6,310 nucleotides of DNA. It comes from an uncultured Erysipelotrichaceae bacterium (GTDB lineage Bacteria > Bacillota_I > Bacilli_A > Erysipelotrichales > Erysipelotrichaceae). Positions 5,854-6,310 of the stretch are shown piece after piece. The stretch is taken from NCBI GenBank assembly GCA_964457525.1, contig CAYWGS010000086.1:1-6310 (forward strand). Reading direction: 5' to 3'. Position 1 is the stretch's first letter; every line of letters begins with the position of its first letter. The translations under genes and the position numbers were made by a program. The notes below the pieces were generated by a model. That model saw only the letters and a list, made by a program, of their open reading frames with translations, was not told the DNA's origin and did no database searches.

Positions 5854-6310
5854 ATGTTAAAATCACTCTATATTAAGAATTATATTTTGATTGATGAATT
5901 AAGACTCGATTTTAAATCGGGTTTTAGTGTTTTCACAGGTGAAACTGGTGCTGGTAAATCAATACTGATTGATGCGATTGGACTGCTTATGGGTGATCGT
6001 TTTAGTTCAGATCTAATTCGACATGGAAATGATAAAGCGGTATTAGAGGCAGTTTTTTATTCTGATAACAAGATGATTCATCAATTACTATTAAATTATG
6101 GAATCGAAATCGATTCCGATGAGTTGATTATTTCACGAGAATTAACACGTGATGGTCGTTCTGTTAATCGATTGAATAATCGTAGTATTGCCATTAATAT
6201 ACTGAAAGAGTTATCTGTGTTCTTAATTGATATCCATAGTCAGAATGATACTCAATATTTATTAAATAACAAGTATCATTTAAACCTTCTGGATGAGTAT
6301 AATCCTGATT
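5854..6310 (+). CDS. recN: DNA repair protein RecN, N-terminal part (3'-truncated by window end)
   Basis: I translated this myself; it is not in the ORF track because no stop is reached. It starts at ATG 5854, with the SD AAGGG (5842-5846) 7 nt upstream. Translation: MLKSLYIKNYILIDELRLDFKSGFSVFTGETGAGKSILIDAIGLLMGDRFSSDLIRHGNDKAVLEAVF...SRELTRDGRSVNRLNNRSI...IDIHSQNDTQYLL. It has the Walker A motif GETGAGKS (5938-5961) and the canonical RecN N-terminal SMC-like head. The frame is open to the last base. Confidence 0.93.
   Translation, partial: MLKSLYIKNYILIDELRLDFKSGFSVFTGETGAGKSILIDAIGLLMGDRFSSDLIRHGNDKAVLEAVFYSDNKMIHQLLLNYGIEIDSDELIISRELTRDGRSVNRLNNRSIAINILKELSVFLIDIHSQNDTQYLLNNKYHLNLLDEYNPD

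Noticed and set aside
1-6310. Mollicute-type genetic code (TGA = Trp), mobile elements, CRISPR, RNA genes, toxin-antitoxin or defence modules
   Set aside because: All eight genes are open under the standard code with Trp encoded by TGG and stops TAA/TAG. There are no direct-repeat arrays, no terminal inverted repeats, no transposase or integrase-like ORFs and no tRNA/rRNA-like segments. Only about 110 nt in total is non-coding, which leaves no room for a hidden system.

Overview
This AT-rich window carries eight genes, all on the + strand and tightly packed. It looks like a housekeeping locus from a low-GC Bacillota or wall-less-relative genome using the standard genetic code (Trp = TGG; stops are TAA/TAG). 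Gene order: a polar-amino-acid ABC-transporter substrate-binding lipoprotein (19-786), an Asp23/Gls24-family protein (833-1156), nusB (1195-1578), xseA (1571-2893), xseB (2895-3107), ispA, a C15 farnesyl-diphosphate synthase (3088-3951), dxs (3953-5818), and the 5' part of recN (5854 to beyond 6310; absent from the ORF track because it runs off the window). This is a compacted version of the Bacillus subtilis cluster yqhY-nusB-folD-xseA-xseB-ispA-dxs-yqxC-ahrC-recN, lacking folD, yqxC/tlyA and ahrC/argR. I see no rRNA, tRNA, CRISPR array, transposase, integrase, defence-type genes, pseudogenes or frameshifts. I cannot support the presence of a novel multi-gene system here. The unexplained signals are cis-regulatory and lie in the two real intergenic spacers. 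First, a hairpin with a 17-bp stem (802-844) plus a T-tract contains the -10 box, the Shine-Dalgarno (SD) sequence and the start codon of the Asp23-family gene. Second, an intrinsic terminator embeds the Asp23 stop codon, and its T-tract doubles as a boxA-like sequence (TTCTTTGATAA) just upstream of the nusB SD, which could allow Nus-factor autoregulation. Both are hypotheses from sequence inspection only.
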